Shown one piece after another: positions 63,262 to 64,000 of a stretch of DNA of 64,000 nt. The DNA is from a virus. Within the stretch, counting starts at the first letter, position 1. The number at the start of each line of letters is the position of its first letter. The notes beneath the pieces were generated by a model. It searched no databases and was not told where the DNA came from. It saw nothing but the letters and a program-made list of their open reading frames with translations. The translations under genes and the position numbers were made by a program. The stretch spans positions 24,134-88,133 of the IMG/VR virus record IMGVR_UViG_3300011113_000581; one strand, 5' to 3'.

Positions 63262-63417
63262 ATGACAACCAGCCCGGCAAACGATCATTTAAAACAATAC
63301 ATCACAGAACGTCTGCCTGACTTAGTGCCCGGGTTAATCGAAGGCATCGAAGATCAACCTAGTTTTACGGTTGATCAGCAGTACAGACCACTTTTTGACC
63401 CTGTTTACAGGGCTTAA
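63262..63417 (+). CDS. small hypothetical protein
   Basis: MTTSPAND... start. Confidence 0.4.
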   Translation: MTTSPANDHLKQYITERLPDLVPGLIEGIEDQPSFTVDQQYRPLFDPVYRA

Positions 63418-63467
63418 TTGACTGTTCATTCAGCGCTGTTAGGATATCCATAAGGTTTAGATCAACC

Positions 63468-63683
63468 ATGGACGCAATCGATCTTCCAATGAACGTGGAG
63501 TTTTCCATCCACGCAGCAGCCTTAGCTATTCAGAGGTTGGATCGCGATGAACTAGAAGAAGCGTTCATTGAGATGCTCCACCAAAAGGCTCTGGAACGCC
63601 AGATGTTCTTAGGTATTCTCAAAGATCACGGTATTGACGCCGACATCAATTTTAACCTTTCTACGATAGGGCAAATCTCTTAA
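63468..63683 (+). CDS. nblA: NblA phycobilisome degradation protein
   Basis: LPMNVEFSI....IQRLDRDELEEAFIEMLHQ...RQMFLGILK matches the NblA pattern LSLEQQFSI...VQ.MS.EQA...L..LY.Q......Y..LLK. Confidence 0.7.
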   Translation: MDAIDLPMNVEFSIHAAALAIQRLDRDELEEAFIEMLHQKALERQMFLGILKDHGIDADINFNLSTIGQIS

Positions 63684-63687
63684 TCCC

Positions 63688-64000
63688 ATGGCCACCCGCA
63701 CTGTTCAAGGTACTCTGGACACCTTCACCGTTAATTCTGGGTCTGAAATTACTTATCTTGGTAACACGACTGCTGGCTCTAGTGGTGGATTGGACATCCG
63801 CGCATTCCGTGTCAACCCTTCCACTACTGGTGACATTATTGTCAACATGGTGAATACTGTCGGCATCGTCACTCTGGAGATCTTTCAAGAAGATGCCTAC
63901 ACTGCATCAAATGCTCCCACCGGCTATTCAAAATTTGCTAATATTGCAAAAAACGGCAAAAGCAAGGGAGTAGTTGGTGTGACCGTTACGGATGCCACTA
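63688..64000 (+). CDS. probable structural protein, partial
   Basis: Manual ORF MATRTVQGTLDTFTVNSGSEITY..., open to the window end. Confidence 0.6.
   Translation, partial: MATRTVQGTLDTFTVNSGSEITYLGNTTAGSSGGLDIRAFRVNPSTTGDIIVNMVNTVGIVTLEIFQEDAYTASNAPTGYSKFANIAKNGKSKGVVGVTVTDAT

Overview
The window is a 64-kb segment of a lytic dsDNA tailed-phage genome. The host is most likely a (freshwater) picocyanobacterium, inferred from two NblA-like genes, cyanobacterial-type TTTTCCACA DnaA boxes and a DUF5895-like gene. Layout: (i) 1-11.1 kb accessory block with a PD-(D/E)XK exonuclease, a nucleotide-sugar cassette (two CAP59/Anp1-like glycosyltransferases, Gmd, ColD-like dehydratase), basic peptides, a promoter-driven ~340-nt structured ncRNA, two tRNA-like elements flanking a kinase, HNH/EndoVII nucleases and Dps. 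(ii) 11.1-32.9 kb minus-strand early/replication arm with family A DNA polymerase, double-OB SSB, GP88, PcfJ-like protein, tRNA-Leu(UAA) and many small ORFs. (iii) 33.5-62.3 kb plus-strand morphogenesis arm with probable internal virion proteins, TerL, portal, scaffold, major capsid protein, wall hydrolases, a collagen-like fibre and a GT-methyltransferase, followed by a prolyl hydroxylase and NblA. The most striking unexplained signal is non-coding. The early arm is punctuated by three families of repeated, covarying RNA structures: seven H-type pseudoknots, four CAU/UGUAAGU internal-loop hairpins, and four tRNA-elbow mimics. Each mimic has a constant 12-bp stack that buries the stop codon of the preceding ORF and forms part of a cassette-like array. 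Protein calls come from motif recognition by eye; no database searches were run.
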